DNA from: Tubulanus polymorphus
Lineage: Eukaryota; Animalia; Nemertea
Length of the DNA stretch: 64,000 bases
Reading direction: 5' to 3'
Assembly (NCBI RefSeq): GCF_964204645.1
Contig: NC_134030.1
Coordinates: forward strand, 20,668,210 to 20,732,209
Shown: piece by piece, positions 62,201-64,000 of the stretch
How the letters are laid out: each line of letters starts with the position of its first letter
How positions within the stretch are numbered: the stretch's first letter is position 1
Program-made: the position numbers and the translations under genes
The notes under the pieces: generated by a model
The model's database searches: none
What the model saw: only the letters and a program-made list of their open reading frames with translations
Told to the model about the DNA's origin: nothing

Positions 62201-64000
62201 AATTTGAAAATTCTCGAATTCTTTCATTTCGGCCGAATATTGAAAAAGATCAATTTGGCATCGAGACACTTTAAACTCTTACAAGTCAAATATCTTTTAA
62301 ATTATACGGATTAATTTACGGATAAATTAATTATGAAAATGGAAATAATGCATTTTTGCAGTCGATGAATGAATATAAATTAAATTTTAAACAGAATGAT
62401 GGTTATTACACGTGGACTGATGGTAAACCATTGAGCTACACAGAGTGGTTTAAACCTACTATAATAAACGAAACGATACCAGAAGTTATTCAAGGATTGA
62501 TATCTCCTCTACGAAAACAACCGATAAATGACGCCAATATGCCGTGTACGGCGATGATACTGAATAATCCACGAGGATCAGCGAACTGGGTTCGATTCCC
62601 GTGTCAAATCGAGGAGACTCGAACAACTTTTATTTGTGAATCGGATAGAATTGACGTCGATTCAGAACGCGAGGATAATTCGACACTTAAAAATCAAAAT
62701 ACAACGAGCATCATAGAAATAACTGATACTCATAACGATATCGTATTTCTAACAGGAAACAAGAATGATCTAAATTCCAATACATATAACTCGACTTGTA
62801 AAAAAGGCTGGCAAAATGTAGACGGCAAATGTTGCCAGATTCTCACGGATTGGAACAACAATCGAGGTTTGAATATTCGAAGGGCTACGAAAATGTGTCG
62901 AAACCTTCACGCTGAAATAGGTATTGTAACTTTCCATGTGGAAAATGATATAAAAGCATTAATTGACGCGTTCAGTTTTAAACACCAATATGGTGCTATA
63001 CTGACTATGGGTGCGAGGAAATTGTTTCATGTGATCGAACCAGTTTTGACACGGGATGAAATCACTTTTATCGAGTCGTTGAACTGGTCGATAAAACCAT
63101 GGAATAATCAAACAAACAACGTTCATTCCGTGCTATGTTCCTATAATGTTACTGGTGAAGAGTTGGCTATAAGCGGTTGTAAATCGTGGCAGTTTAAATG
63201 TAACGATCAAAGATGTATCAGCGACCATCGCGTATGTGATACCAGAAACGACTGTCAACACGGTGAAGATGAACTCGATTGTTCGGGTTCAAACTTACTA
63301 AGTCAGTTCCACTGTTCAGATGGACGAGTTATATCAATAAGTGGTTTTTGTGATTTTATTAGGGATTGTTTGGATGGTTCTGATGAGAACTCGTGTTTAC
63401 ACCCACTGTGTTTGCCCCAACAATTCCGCTGTATTAGTGGTCAATGTGTCGATAGATCGTACCGATGTGATGGAATCGTTAACTGTAAGGACGGCTCCGA
63501 CGAGCGGGAGTGCGGTCCGCAACTTTGCAACGGGTTTCTGTGTAACAACGGTGAATGTATCAGTTCTCTATTGTATCGGGATGGTGTTGTAGATTGTAGC
63601 GGAAGCCTCGAAGAAGATGAACTTTTAGCATCCAATGTTACAGTGAATCCTACAGTTCACTGTAATGATGAGAACCAATGTACGACTAATTTCACAAATC
63701 TCTGTACAGAATCTGATGAACAAAGATGTTCTTTCGATTCTCCTCATTGTTATTCGAGACGTCACAGATGTATTTTAGAAAGGATGCCGATTGGTTACCC
63801 GGTATGTAGAAGGCTCGAACATATACAAGGTTGTACTGATTTCAAATGTCCAGCTGGTACTGTAAAATGTCCAGCATCTTACTGTATACCGATGGGACAG
63901 GTGTGCGATGGTCGATCCGATTGTCCTAATTCAGAAGACGAGCGAAACTGCGAGACTTTGTCATGTCCGGGAATGTTCAAATGTGGCCGGGAAAACCTAT
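59256..64000 (+). CDS. CUB / C-type lectin / LDL-receptor class A repeat protein, probably a GRL101-like (LGR-type) GPCR ectodomain; 3' truncated by the window
   Basis: join(59256..60440,60683..62056,62395..>64000), with phase-0 GT-AG introns that keep the frame. Signal peptide MDRLRALFIASLIVWRVNIAHA; CUB (GYIVSPNYPS..C.W); C-type lectin (WENAEMYC..GGHLLSINS / YTWTDGKPLSYTEW); several LDLa repeats (CDTRNDCQHGEDE, CDGIVNCKDGSDE, CDGRSDCPNSEDE). No LRR or 7TM is visible in the window, so the GPCR call is inferred. Confidence 0.82.

Overview
AT-rich animal genomic DNA with GT-AG introns, TATA promoters and AATAAA signals. It is probably a marine invertebrate such as a lophotrochozoan, but that is inference. 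Four things dominate the window. (1) A tandem cluster of seven + strand paralogues encoding secreted Gly/Tyr/acidic repeat proteins. They share a signal peptide (MKLVFLV.MALVA...), a 4-exon layout and an E-box+TATA promoter. (2) Inside that cluster, a two-exon ~2028-aa secreted protein with the full architecture of a single-chain AB toxin: signal peptide, prodomain, furin site, PAN/apple domain, six ricin-B beta-trefoils, a hydrophobic translocation-like region, a Cys-flanked furin loop (RCKR/SFPMC) and a C3-like R-S-QxE ADP-ribosyltransferase. This is the top finding. (3) Two small - strand secreted C-x5-C peptide genes that the ORF track misses, one with its start codon relocated into exon 1. 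(4) The 5' part of a CUB/C-type lectin/LDLa (GRL101-like) receptor gene. Intergenic DNA holds MITEs, LINE remnants and Penelope-type hammerhead ribozyme motifs. All exon structures were read by eye from splice signals and frame continuity; no database searches were run.
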